64,000 nucleotides of DNA from Blastocladiella emersonii ATCC 22665 (taxonomy: Eukaryota; Fungi; Blastocladiomycota), in assembly GCA_025594325.1 (NCBI GenBank), contig JANHCV010000013.1, forward strand, positions 372,001-436,000. Direction: 5' to 3'. Shown piece by piece: positions 49,734 through 60,422 of this stretch (positions are counted from its first letter, which is position 1; every line of letters begins with the position of its first letter). Under the pieces are notes generated by a model. That model had not been told where the DNA came from. It made no database searches and saw only the letters and a list, made by a program, of their open reading frames with translations. Position numbers and translations under genes: made by a program.

Positions 49734-52683
49734 TCACGCGCCAGGTGGCGCGGGATGGTGGTGCTGGGTTGCTTGGTCCGCGGCAGCGCCGTGCGTAAAC
49801 GGCGGCGCTTGAGCTTGAGTATTGCCGATCGGAGTTTGCTGAGGAGTAGCAACGTTGATCCCGTGCACGACGGACAAGTACCGAGCCATTGCGGGCGAAA
49901 AGTCGATGGCGGGGAAGCGAGGAGTTGGCGGGGGAGACGTCGGATAGCCAGAACTAGCCGAAATATACGGAGCTGGAGCTGAGGCAGGATGGGGAGCTGC
50001 GAATTGTTGAGGATACGGATGGGCGGGAAGCGTGCCTGCATGAGAAGGAATCCAGGTCGCAGAGGGTGCAGCTTGAGGAAGCGGGATGTTCGTGGGAGCA
50101 AAGTGGGGCGCGTATCCTGGAGCTGGAGCGGGGTTTGAGACTGCGGGCGACAGTGACGGCGGCGTGGAGAGTGGAACTGGCACCGATAGTTGCGGCTCAG
50201 GAGCAATCGGATCGTCAACATCCATGCGGTCGACGACCTGGGTCGCTTTAGGCTGGGCTTTGCCTCCCCGCTTGCCCTTGCCCGTTCGCGTGGTCGGCTG
50301 CGTTGTTGCAACCTCGGTTGGCTGTGATGTAGCAGCCTTTTTGGTGGCCTTCTTAGGCACGACCTTGGGCAACGCCCCGGTGTAAGCCAGCCGAATGCGC
50401 TCGAGAAGGCGTCCCACATGGTCAGGTACGAAAAGCGAAGAATCTGGAGTCAAATAGTCGCGGGTCAGGATATCTGCATCAAACGCGGGATTCACGACGG
50501 CCAGGACATGCGCATTGGCGGTTATCCGTTCCAGTTCCTTGTCCGACAAAAAGTCGGCGACATTAAACATGTTGAGACCGTTGCAGTCGGACAACTCAAT
50601 GCCAAGCTCGTTTGTCAGGTCAACGATGCTCGAAAAGAAATGGCGGAGCGATTCCAACCCCTTGAGCTTTCGCCCAGCCACTCGAGAACGAGGAGCCTTT
50701 GGTTTTGGTGCAGGGGCGGATGATGGAGGTGGAGGAAGCGAATCGAACGAGCGATGCAGAGCATCTTCGCTTGCAACATGGAAGTTGTAAATCGGAGATA
50801 TGCGCGGATGGCCATGGGTCGAGCAGCAAATGTTCGGGTCAAGATGATCGCTGGACGGAACTCCATTGATCATTTCAAGCAAGACGGAACGTGCGCAAAC
50901 AGGGGAGCTCTCGCTGGAGTTAGAAGGTTGCTCAAGATCCAGAGGCAGAGCGGGAGCAGAAACCGCAAGATCAGAGGCAACTGCATCCGCGGGCTCAGAG
51001 ACAAGATGCGCGGGCTCAGACTCGAGGTTTGGACGCTTCTTTGGTGGCGGGGCGTCCTCGTTTGGAGCGCCGATGCCATGGCCCTGGAAGAAGGCGTCAA
51101 CAACAAAGTCCATCGGTTTGTTGCTGGTTGAAGTAGAGGAGCTGACCGCTGGCGGGGCTGCACTAGCCGCGCTGCGAGCAGCATAGTACATGATGAACTC
51201 GGCCGGGTTTCCATCGCGGCCTGCGCGGCCCATGATCTGCATCGCCTCCTCCCCGGATGGCGTATTACCGATCGAAACGACACAGCGGACGTTGGGAACA
51301 TGGACACCGGTGCCAAACGCGTGCGTTGAGAAAAGAATTCGCGGTTGAACATGCTCAACGTTGCTTGTCATGTCGTTGTACACCGATTCGTGGTGCGCGG
51401 AATTGAGATCGCCGTGGTAATGCGCGAAAAGCGGGGCCGCGGTCGGGTTCAGCGCACACATGTAGCCGTAGAAGGCAACGACAAGTAACGGTTCGTACAA
51501 GTACACGAGAATGCGCGGTTTGCTGGCCGCGTTCGCAGGGTTGAGAGACATGACGTAGTCGCGCAGCCACTCGTAATGCTACGCGCGACTTAGTGGTCAG
51601 TGAATGAGCGATGCGTTGCGATGTCGCGCAGACGCATACGTAAGAGCCCGGATCCCGAATGGTCGTCGCATGCTTGGAGCGGACGAGACGAATGTAAATC
51701 TCGGGGCGGTCAAGCGGACCGCGAACAAGCACGTAATCGTCACTGCCAAACTGAAGCTGAGTTCGAGTGATGTTGTGCTCCAGCTTTTTCCCAAGAGTGG
51801 CCGACATGATGAGTACAGGCGCATTGGGGAACAGCGAGCGGGCCTTGAACAGTTGCTTGCACTCGGGCCGGAACTGCGAGGTAGAATCGCCCCTAGTGAG
51901 CGAGAAGAACGTTCAGCATCGTGTTCATCGTGCCGATGCGTTCCGAACGACGAGAACGCAGGCTCAGACTGCGTACCAGATCGCGAAGAGGTGCGCCTCA
52001 TCAAGGACGATGAGGCCCACGCGAGTGGCGGGTCGCTCCGAGATCCAAGCGGCGTGGAAACTGTTCACGTAGTACTCGGGCGTCATGAAGGCAATCCGGA
52101 CCTCACCATTAAACAGTCGAGCCAGGGACGTCGCACGGTCGCTCGGTGCAACGTCCGAGTGAAACGATGCAGCCTCGATGCCCTTCGCGCGCGTCTGACT
52201 CAGCTGATCTCGAAGAAGCGAGCGGTAAGGGGACAAGACCACGACGATCTCTCCATCAAGCAGCTGCGCCATCGCGTGGAAGATGAGCGACTTGCCGAAC
52301 CCGGTCCGCGCAGTGAGGACCACGCTACGGCCCTCGAGCAGGTGCGAGAGAACCTGCTCCTGCTCGAGTCGAGGTTCGTCGATACCCAGCGAGAGGACGG
52401 TCTCGACTATCTGGTCATGGTGCGGGAGCAGGCCCTCCGGTCGGGCCTGCGCCGCGGATTCCATTGCATTAGCTGACATGGCAGTGCGATAGAGTGCGTT
52501 TCGACTTTCATGATGCAGTAGGAGAGCGGGAGGAGACGGGCGAAGTGGGCGGGGCAGTCGGGCGAGCATCGACGCAGCGGGCCCGACCCTAGCCGAATTA
52601 TCTCTCGCGACTCCCGCGAGTCCCGCGCGGGACTTGACCCCTTGCAACTGACATGGATCGATAGGTTGCATCGAGTACTCCAT
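49734..52683 (-). CDS. RecQ-like SF2 helicase (three exons) of AcademH
   Basis: ARTGFGKS (I), DEAH (II), IW|GDSTSQFRPEC across intron 51893-51976, MSAT (III), STHAFGTGVH (V), QIMGRAGRDG (VI), CARSVL...CCSTH zinc-binding-like segment. Start codon uncertain. Confidence 0.9.
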
Positions 52684-54299
52684 TTTATTAGTGTACGCCA
52701 AGGGCGATAGGTCAGGCGGTTGGGGAGCTAGAGCGCGATCAGAGCGCGCGGGGGGGGGGGGTTTCGGGCGCGCGAAAGCACAGGCGAGGCGTGGCGCCAC
52801 GCAAACTGCAACCAGACTCCAGCACCGTCGATCCGAACGAGCGCCCGCGGGTCACGCGGCGGCGATTGACTTGACAACGCCTCGAAGGTCACGTTGCCCT
52901 GGAGTCTGGCACCGAGACTACCGGCGACGCGTTCAAGTCGGTGCGAGGCGCGTCGGGAAAAGGCGTGAGGTCACATGACTCAGGTCTCGAGCCTCGCTGC
53001 CGGCTGCACCAGCCCCACCGCCGCCCGCCGCCGCCGTCCTTCGCACCTTCGCCGCCACCGCCTCCAGGAATGAACGACGTCGGCCGCGATGACTGCGCTC
53101 TCTTCATGCATCACTTGCTGCAATCCGAACCATGCCATCAGCAGTCCCATCACGCACGCTGGCGGCGATGGAGCATCACTTCCACTGCACCGCTGACACC
53201 TCGCACCACGGCCAGTCACTCAACGTTCATGATCAAGGCACCATTAACTCAAGGGCGTCCGCTCAAACCGAGTTCCTGTAGCTCCGTGCTCAACCCAGCG
53301 ACCTCGACCTCCTCCGCATCAACAACCCGCCGTTTCCGCCATCAAAGGTACTCTTTCCTTGGTTCATTCCGGCGCTCATGACCAACATTTGTAACTCGTG
53401 GGAGCGCAATCGTCCGACCTAGCTGTGCCCTCGCTCGCCCCTCAACGTGCACCGCCTGACGTTTCGCGGTACGCCATCCTTGCACATACCTTGTTCAGAC
53501 ACGCATTGGACGGCGGCCGCTGACTTCACCCACTCAGACGTCTTGTCTCCGCTTCGCACTGCTATGATGTGAGAGTGGACAAAACGGATCCGCCATGACG
53601 TTCCTGCTACCTACAGCACGCACTTCCAGCAACGACTTTTCTAGCTGTGCTTCCGAGCTCGTCCGTTTCGGTCATGTAGGACGGGCAAGACTCGTCGCAC
53701 CAGACGCACTCGGCGCTCCAAGCGTCTGGACTTCGCGTTTCTGGCGGCGTCCTCCGCGGCTCAACTTGCCCGCTGCACTCTTGCAATATAACAAACATTC
53801 CCGAATGATAACCAGTGTACCGTAGAGGTGAGAAGCTGAGCAATGGGCAAGCGTATATATATTACGGTCCTGAATTAATTGCCGTCGGCTCCCAGTTGGC
53901 CAACCGTTGGGTTCCAATCGAAAAAAAGGACTGTAATTCATGGGCTTCCAGTCGAGGCGGACCGTTGGCTGCCAGTTGGGAGCGGCAAGCCGCCAGTTGG
54001 CTGCCAATTGGAGGGCTGGGGTGCGGGGACGGGCGTGAAGCGTGGGATCCTCAACGTCAGCCTCGCCGAGATCGCCCAGCAGAACACGGGCGTCGAGACG
54101 ACCAAGACCCAGGCGGCTATGACCGTCGACTTTACGAACGACATCTGCCCCGATGAGTAGCTGCGCCATACCACATCTCGGGTGGCGGGGTGTGCAGCGG
54201 GCGGTGCAAGCGCATCAAGGGCTGGTTCCCTTCCTTCATCTCGACCTCTCTGCGCACTCCATGGTCATCGTTGTGGGGCGTACGCGTGCGTATATATTG

Positions 54300-54700
54300 A
54301 GCCGTTCGACCCTTGATTTGCTCGTGGATCTTGAGTGCGCGTGCGTGGATTGCGACGTGGATCAGCGCCTCGACTCAGGCTATAACCAAATGGATCCACG
54401 CCAAGGTCAAGTTGATCGTCAAATTGATCGACGCAAGGATCCATGTTTATCGTGGCCTAGTTCCGTGCCTGGATTGCGATATTACTTTCCTGGATCCAGC
54501 TCGCGATCCATCTTGACCAAAATCTGGATCCATCTGGGCCATCACAAAACCCGGAACGGTGAACTGGGACCATATGAGCTGAAATGGGTGTCGGCCAGCA
54601 CAATTGACTTCATATGAACTGCTCTCATGAATTGGGCCTCATACAGAGCGAACTGAGGGTCAGGGACTCGGGCTGAGCTGGACCCAATTCGGGGCCAATT
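54300..54700. repeat. Internal GGATCC/CAATT array of element A (junction between units)
   Basis: About 54355-54480 resembles the reverse complement of about 40250-40385. About 54478-54700 resembles the reverse complement of about 58380-58600 (shared GATATTACTTT.CTGGATC, GGCCATCACAAAAC.CGG, GAATTGGGCCTCA). Confidence 0.75.
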
Positions 54701-54821
54701 GAGCGACAGGTTCGGCGGCGGGAAGTACTCGATATATGAGAAGCGCGAAATGTGGGATAGCAGTTGAGGGGGCAGATGTGCGCGCGTAGCGCGCTGCGGC
54801 GTGTGAAGCGGCCGCCGCGCG

Positions 54822-55600
54822 CTAGCGGATCGAGTCCAGGAAGCCTGGAAGCTCGCTGATGTGGTACTGGTCGCGGCTCACGCACGGGTTGAGCCAGAAG
54901 CGCGTGAAGTGGCTCTGGCGCGCGGCCGTGGCCCGCGACCCACTGGAGCGGGCGCCTTTCTCGGGACGCACGAACGGCATCTTGAGCTCCTTGAGCACCT
55001 TTTGCGCGCTCGTCGCCGCCGAGAACGCGGGCACGACATGAGCAGCGACCTCGACGGCCGCGGCCGACACAGCAAAGGGCGCGGCGCTTCGGGTGAGCTT
55101 GAGGTAGCCCAGGTCGTCGTGCGGCCCGTTGAGTTGCCGCTGAAGGTGGTAGCCGAACACGACGTTGAAGGCGTACATGGTGCCCTTTCCATCCTTGTAG
55201 TCAAACTCGAGGAAGATGCGCGGCTCGACGACGCGCCGCTGGCCATCGTCAAGGCGTACCTGCAAGCATGCGAGCACCTGTCAGCGACTGCGCACGTGAA
55301 TCGACGCAGCGATGGGCGCGCGTCACACACGCGAAAACGTACGATCATGGTATCCCAGCGAAGCGAGCCGTACAGCGTGACGACGCGCGCGTGTATGACC
55401 TCTTGGACCGTTTCGTCGAGGAGCTCGCTGTGCCGCGCGAGGATCAGCGTCTGGTACACCTTGAGCAACGCGACAACGGGCATCGATGATCGTAGCGCCG
55501 TCGTGCGCCTCTGTTCCCGCCGGCCTCGTCGATGACGTTCATGACGTCCACCATGGCGACCTGCTCGAAGTTATTGAGCGTGTTGAGCTGCTGAGCTGCT
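54822..55600 (-). pseudogene. Plavaka/CACTA-like transposase C-terminal remnant (unit 2)
   Basis: EVIHARVVTLYGSLRWDTMI|VLACLQVRLDDGQRRVVEPRIFLEF...GYLKLTRSAAPFAVSAAAVEVAAHVVPAF...RFWLNPCVSRDQY matches the same recalled C-terminal pattern as the unit-1 remnant. No DDE core. Confidence 0.55.
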
Positions 55601-56591
55601 GGGCGAGGGGGTGCGCGGGTGCCCCAACACGGACGCGCGAGCGGATCAAGGTGGCTCCAAACAAACTGGAAGCAGCAGAAGCGAGAGCGTATCGCTCAGC
55701 CGCGCAGAGCAACTACTCTCAGTCCAGGGCCCCGTTGCACATGTCAACTGACTCGATGGTGGGCAGCAGAAGGCGGCATTCGATGTGCAAGGCGCACTTT
55801 CTCTCACACAGCTTGCGTCAGCACCCGCCCGTGCAGAATACTCTAAGATTGGTCGCCCAATTGTGCAGGTCGACGACGAGAAGGTCCCAGATTGGGTGAA
55901 GAGGCTGCGGTGGGAGGAGGAAGCGCAAACGTCGCCGTTGTCCAAGGCCGACTTGGTGAAGTAGCGGCGGAGCGCAGCTGCACGCAGACCCGTATGCATC
56001 CGGCTATTTTCATGAGTTTGCATCAAGAGAAGGACGTTGCAGAGTGTCGTGGCAGCGAAGATGGGGTCGGCGGGGTCGGCGGGCGGTGGCGGCACTCGTG
56101 GCGCGTCGCGTCCTCCCTCCCTGAACGAGGCGCGACCGGGCCGTCGGCTGATCGCTGGGAACCGGCCGGCCCCGCGCGCGCGCTGGTCAGTGTCTTGGAT
56201 CCATTCCGGCTCAAAGTCGCTGCGTCGCCCGCGCTTCCGCTCCCGCTCCCGCCGCCGACCATTGGCTCCACGTAGCGCCATGCAGCGCCCTCGCTCCTCC
56301 ATCTGCGTCCGTCGACCAACTCTGCGGGCACCGACGCCGCCGTAGCTGAGGTACGGCCCACAACGCCGCGACGCTATCCGCTCGGTCTCACCCTCCGCGT
56401 CTCGCGCTGGCAGCTGTAGTGGCACCTCGGACGGCAACGCTCGCGGTCGCAGTGGCTCAAGCGCTCGCTCGCCACAGTGTCGCTGCTCGAGACACGACCG
56501 CGGCCGGTCCCCGACTGGCCCTGCGAGTCGCGTAGCGGCGGCAGCCACGGCCGCGGCCGTGGAGCTAGCCGCAGTGCAAGCCGTGGTGCCG

Positions 56592-58037
56592 ATGCCGTCG
56601 ACCCTCAAGGCGACCGTGACCCGGCTGGTGGCCGTGGCTCGGGTCAAGGCCAGGTCGAGGTACGCCGTCCTGCTCCCGCCCGCCCATTTTCTCCCTGCTC
56701 CCATTCGCCCCGCCCATCTCCCGCTCGACTCGGTCTCGCATTCTTCTCGCCCATCTCCCGCCCGACTTGGTCTCGCTGCCAACGCGCTGCTGTCGCCGCG
56801 AGCCTGCCTCAACCGGCGCGGCGCAGCGCGATTGTGTGGCGTCCATGTCGCGAGCACCCCCTCCCTGCACCCTTACACTCGAATCTCCCCGCTCAACACG
56901 CTCGTCCACTCACACCTGCCCGCTTTTCTCGCGCCAGGACCACGTTGGCGCCGACGGTCGCCGTGTTCCGTCCCGCCCGCTGCAAGCGCCGCGCGTCCAC
57001 TCACCCTCGTCGTCAACGACGCCGTCGCGCGTCCAGCTCGCCACCCGCACGGTCAAGTCGCCCGGAAAGGCCTTCACGCCGGCGCGCAAGGTGGTCGTCC
57101 TCGTCCGCGGCCCCTACACGCCGTCGGGCGACGAGACGTTTGTCGAGCTGTTCCACAAGCGCCGCTACAAGTTCTCGCACAAGACCAAGCGCGGGAAACG
57201 CGGCGACGAGTCGGTACGTTGCGCGTGGGTCGCCCTCGGGGACCTTTGCTTACCACGGCACGGCCGTGTAGGACTCGATGACCATTGCCGACGCGCGCGG
57301 CCTGCTGGTCACGTCGGTCAAGAGTGCCGCCAGCAACTACGTGCTCCAGCTCCAGATCATGACTATCGCGCCGCCGTCGGATCGCAGCGCGACCCAGGCG
57401 CCCGTGATCATCTCGTACGTGCTGGTCCCGCTGCAGGTCCCCGCGCAAGACGGCTCGCCCGCCGCGCCTGCTTCGCCTGCCGGTCCCAAGACCCTCTCGC
57501 TCTTCATCCGCCTCGTGGCGCACCGCGTCCTCAAACCGCACAAGGGTGGTACGTGCTATGACCCCGCGCGCGATGTGCTCGATTCTGACCCTCCCCCACT
57601 TCGTGCGCACGCTCTGAACAGACGAGCTCATTGAGGACCTCGCGCCCATGATCCAGCTCCTGCACTGCCCGAGCCGCAACAAGGAGCGCGACATGGAGCC
57701 GTGGAAGCGGCCCGACCACGCACCCGCGGTCGCGGCCGACGACGCTGGCACCATCAAGCAGTACGCGGTCGAGATCATTGCGGCCATCGCGGTCCTGGTA
57801 CGCGCTCACTGCCTAGGCGATGCCACACTCGCTGACCGGCGGCGCTCGTACCGCTAGGCGTGCAAGTTCGTCATGGCGCAGGCGCACGAGGGTGCCTACA
57901 AGTCCATGGACAGGGACAAGGCAACGGCGGCCCACAAGGCCGTGGTCGGCGCGCTCTACGCCCAGGATGCCTTCGACGCGCGGGAAGTGGCCAAGGAGCT
58001 GCTCAGCGTGACCATCGGCCCCGAGAAGAAGAAGTAG
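56592..58037 (+). CDS. Multi-exon accessory gene of element A (unit 2), unknown function
   Basis: Exons separated by GTACG...CTGAC-type introns: MPSTLKATV..., ...ARKVVVLVRGPY...ELFHKRRYKFSHKTKRGK..., MTIADARGLL..., ...YAVEIIAAIAVL|ACKFVMAQ...IGPEKKK*. Strong GC3 bias. Confidence 0.6.
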
Positions 58038-58694
58038 CAGCGGCGCGCGTGTGGGTCCTGGCGTCGGGCGAGCGGGCGGGGCGCGGGGCGCGGGGCGAGC
58101 GGACGGATTATGAAGCGATATATCATTATTCAGCATCTCGTGACTCTCGTGACTCCATGACGGTGAAAGCAACTGATCTATTGCGATATGAACATGCGCG
58201 GTCACGCCGGCCGCACGTGACCCAGGCCATCAAACCGTCGAAATGGGCATCAGGATGCACATCATAGGCCTATTTGCGCGTGATACGCGCCCGGCCATCA
58301 CTTGATCCCAGTCGGTACCAAAACAAGTCATACGGGCCCAAACGGGACCAATCGGGGCCGATTGCAATCAATTGAGCCGCCTCGCCCAACTGAGGCCATA
58401 TCAGCCCAATTGAGCCCGAGTTCGACCGTTATGAAAACCCCAATTCGGCCGCCGCTCGTATGAACGCAATTGAGGCCCAATTCGCGCCAATTTGGGTGCT
58501 CCGAGTTTTGTGATGGCCGCCTGAGAGGTCCTCACGGTTTGCGGGTGGATCCAGCTCGCCCAAGCTGGATCCACGCTTGATCCAGAAAAGTAATATCGGG
58601 ATCCACATTCCTCCGAGGTCCATCCAGTCCACGGCTGGATCCAGGGTGGATCCACTTCAAATGGCTGGGGCACGGTTTGGTGATGAAACAGCGT

Positions 58695-58795
58695 TTCCCC
58701 GAGTTGGTAAACAGGAGGTAAACAGCCCGTTAAACCCAGTTTACGCCGATAAAGGCTGTTTACCACCTGTTTACGCTGGGAGACCCTGTTTACCC
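58695..58795. repeat. GTAAAC/GTTTAC array related to the 2741-3150 element
   Basis: Cluster of GTAAACAG/CTGTTTAC motifs. Its reverse complement shares GTTTAACGGGCTGTTTACC with about 2842-2860. Confidence 0.8.
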
Positions 58796-58901
58796 GGACC
58801 AAGGAAATGATGAAGCTAAGCTCCGAATGAGCTCAAAATCAGTGTTCCCATTAGGGAATATGCCCAATCGATGAACGACTACAGAAACTTAATTTATGCA
58901 C

Positions 58902-59844
58902 TCAATCATCGTTCAGATCACCTTCGTCACTCGCATCGTCTTCATCCCTGAGCGCGGCGCGTTCCTCTGGCGGGAGCAGGTTCGGGTCGCCCGTGCCCGC
59001 GAGATCGATTTCGTGCGAGCTGTACGGGATCGGGCTGTGGGCCGCGATCCACACCATCGTTCCGACAGGCACTTTGCCACCCTTGAGCTCGCTCAATGGA
59101 CACGCACAGACGCGGTCGCGGATCGCGCGCACGGGCAAGACGATCACCGGAGCGTCAGAGTTCGCGGCCAAGGAAATGTCGGCGTCCTCGAATCGCTTGC
59201 GCTTGGCCGCCGATAAACTCGATTCGCGCAGGCTCATGAGAGTGAGAGGGCGGAGGATCGCGTACACCATGCCGGCCATGTTGAAGAAGAGAGTCGCGCG
59301 GGCAATCACGGAGAACCATGGAGAGTTGGGTGCGACCGGAGTGAGTGCGCGCTCCAATGGCGCGTGCTTGGAGATGAGACCCTCGGCGAGCGCGCGCGGA
59401 ATGATGGCGCGGAGGAGGGAATGCGAGCGGCTCTGGAGCGGAACGCCGTGAAGCTTTCCAGACTTGAAGACGCAATCGGTCAGGCTGGTGCCCAACTGAA
59501 GCATGTCCTGCTGCAGCTTCCAGTGAAGACCGAGTTGCTGATACCATGCCTGCAGAATCGGGCAGAGGACCACAGCTCTTGTAAAAGCTCGGAAAGCACC
59601 CAGCGCAGGTTCGGCGAGCTTCGAGAGTGAATTTCTTTGTGCTTGAACTCGGGCCGTGAACAAGCGGTTCAGACAAGGAAGCGCGGGCCAGGGGCTTTTC
59701 GAGGCTCGCAAGCAAAGGCTGCTGTTTCACGGCCAAGTCGGTCAGAGTTGTTGATGGCGCTGTTTCGAGCGCTGCGTGGGCCGTTTGCGACGTGGTTGCC
59801 GCCCGCTTATGGAAGACAGCTGACTCAACAAGCAACGAGTCCAA
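58902..59844 (-). CDS. Hypothetical protein or remnant (two overlapping frames)
   Basis: ORFs 59155-59844 and 58902-59711 with an acidic C-terminal tail (DEDDASDEGDLNDD). No family recognised. Confidence 0.3.
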
Positions 59845-60422
59845 GTGAATGCGACTGAACTAGCTCATGGGACGGGCGCATAGTGCGTGGCGCGCGAGCA
59901 GCGAACGCGGCATCACAAGGGCAGCCGACGGTGCTTGTGCAGCGGGCTGGGCGTAGCGCTCAAGTCACGCAAGGAGGCATAAATTAGTCGCAATTCTGCG
60001 AAGTTTCATGTACTAAATCAATTGCATCAAGTATCATCTGACGCGTGCGACAGCCGCGCGCGATAGGCGGAGGGGTGAGTGATCAAGTCGTGGCGGGCGT
60101 GGGACAGGGCGTGGGAACTCGTTCGCTCGACGCCACCACAACGACGTGCCTGTTCGCCCTCGCCACGGCCGCTCTGGGCGGACAAGGGGATACTCCGCAT
60201 CGAGTGCCTCTTGATCGGAGCTTGCGATAACGATTATTTTCTCAGCGTCGGCTCGAGGACTACGTGGCGGGCGACGTCGCGGACGAGGTGCTGTGTGGGA
60301 CGGACCCCAGCGAGTTCAGCAACCGCCGCGACCAGGAGTTGCCCAAGTAGGACAGTAACGCCGAGGCTGACCACTCGTTCTACCCGGGCGACGAGGAGTG
60401 AGTGAGCTCGCGCGCCTGATGT

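Larger units (their letters stand above)
45914..52920. mobile_element. Element C: 7,007-bp AcademH-type DNA transposon, apparently intact
   Basis: Perfect 17-bp TIR TAGTCTCGGTGCCAGAC (45914-45930; 52904-52920). Perfect 9-bp TSD CCGGCGACG (45905-45913; 52921-52929). Second internal inverted pair GTCTGGTTGCAGTTTGC (46020-46036; 52801-52817). Encodes a transposase and a RecQ-like helicase on opposite strands. Confidence 0.92.
43524..54037. mobile_element. Element B: 10,514-bp CAC...GTG DNA transposon (about 3.5 kb without the nested AcademH)
   Basis: Perfect 42-bp TIR CACGCCCGTCCCCGCACCCCAGCCCTCCAATTGGCAGCCAAC (43524-43565; 53996-54037). Imperfect extension with repeated CAACTGGCAGCCAAC and ATTGGAACCCAACG motifs. 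2-bp TSD AA (43522-43523; 54038-54039). Excision restores the host reading frame. Confidence 0.92.
42020..54160 (+). pseudogene. Multi-exon accessory gene of element A (unit 1), split by element B; exons in about 42020-43523 and 54038-54160
   Basis: Exons include RIKDWNLKYKLGIKDIEAFGKE|TIRKPFKEKTEW..., VWRIMAAVAVL|CAWRITGSAYHQG...QLRALF. Removing 43524-54039 restores ...ALFKRGILNVSLAEIAQQ...DICPDE*. 5' end uncertain. Confidence 0.65.
40101..58682. mobile_element. Element A: 18,582-bp CAC...GTG DNA transposon (CACTA/Plavaka-like), non-autonomous composite
   Basis: TIR CACCAAACCG(C/T)GCC at 40101 and its complement ending 58682. 2-bp TSD AT (40099-40100; 58683-58684). GGATCC-rich subterminal arrays at about 40125-40385 and 58540-58660. 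Contains two Plavaka-like C-terminal remnants. Confidence 0.8.

Noticed and set aside
43524-54037. Element B as a new RecQ-carrying CACTA-like lineage with a 2-bp TSD
   Set aside because: The transposase and helicase are enclosed by their own TIRs and 9-bp TSD (45914-52920), so they belong to a nested AcademH element.
57040-57210. Ribosomal protein L27e-like similarity (RKVVVLVRGPY)
   Set aside because: Only a short motif matches; the rest of the spliced protein is much longer and unrelated.
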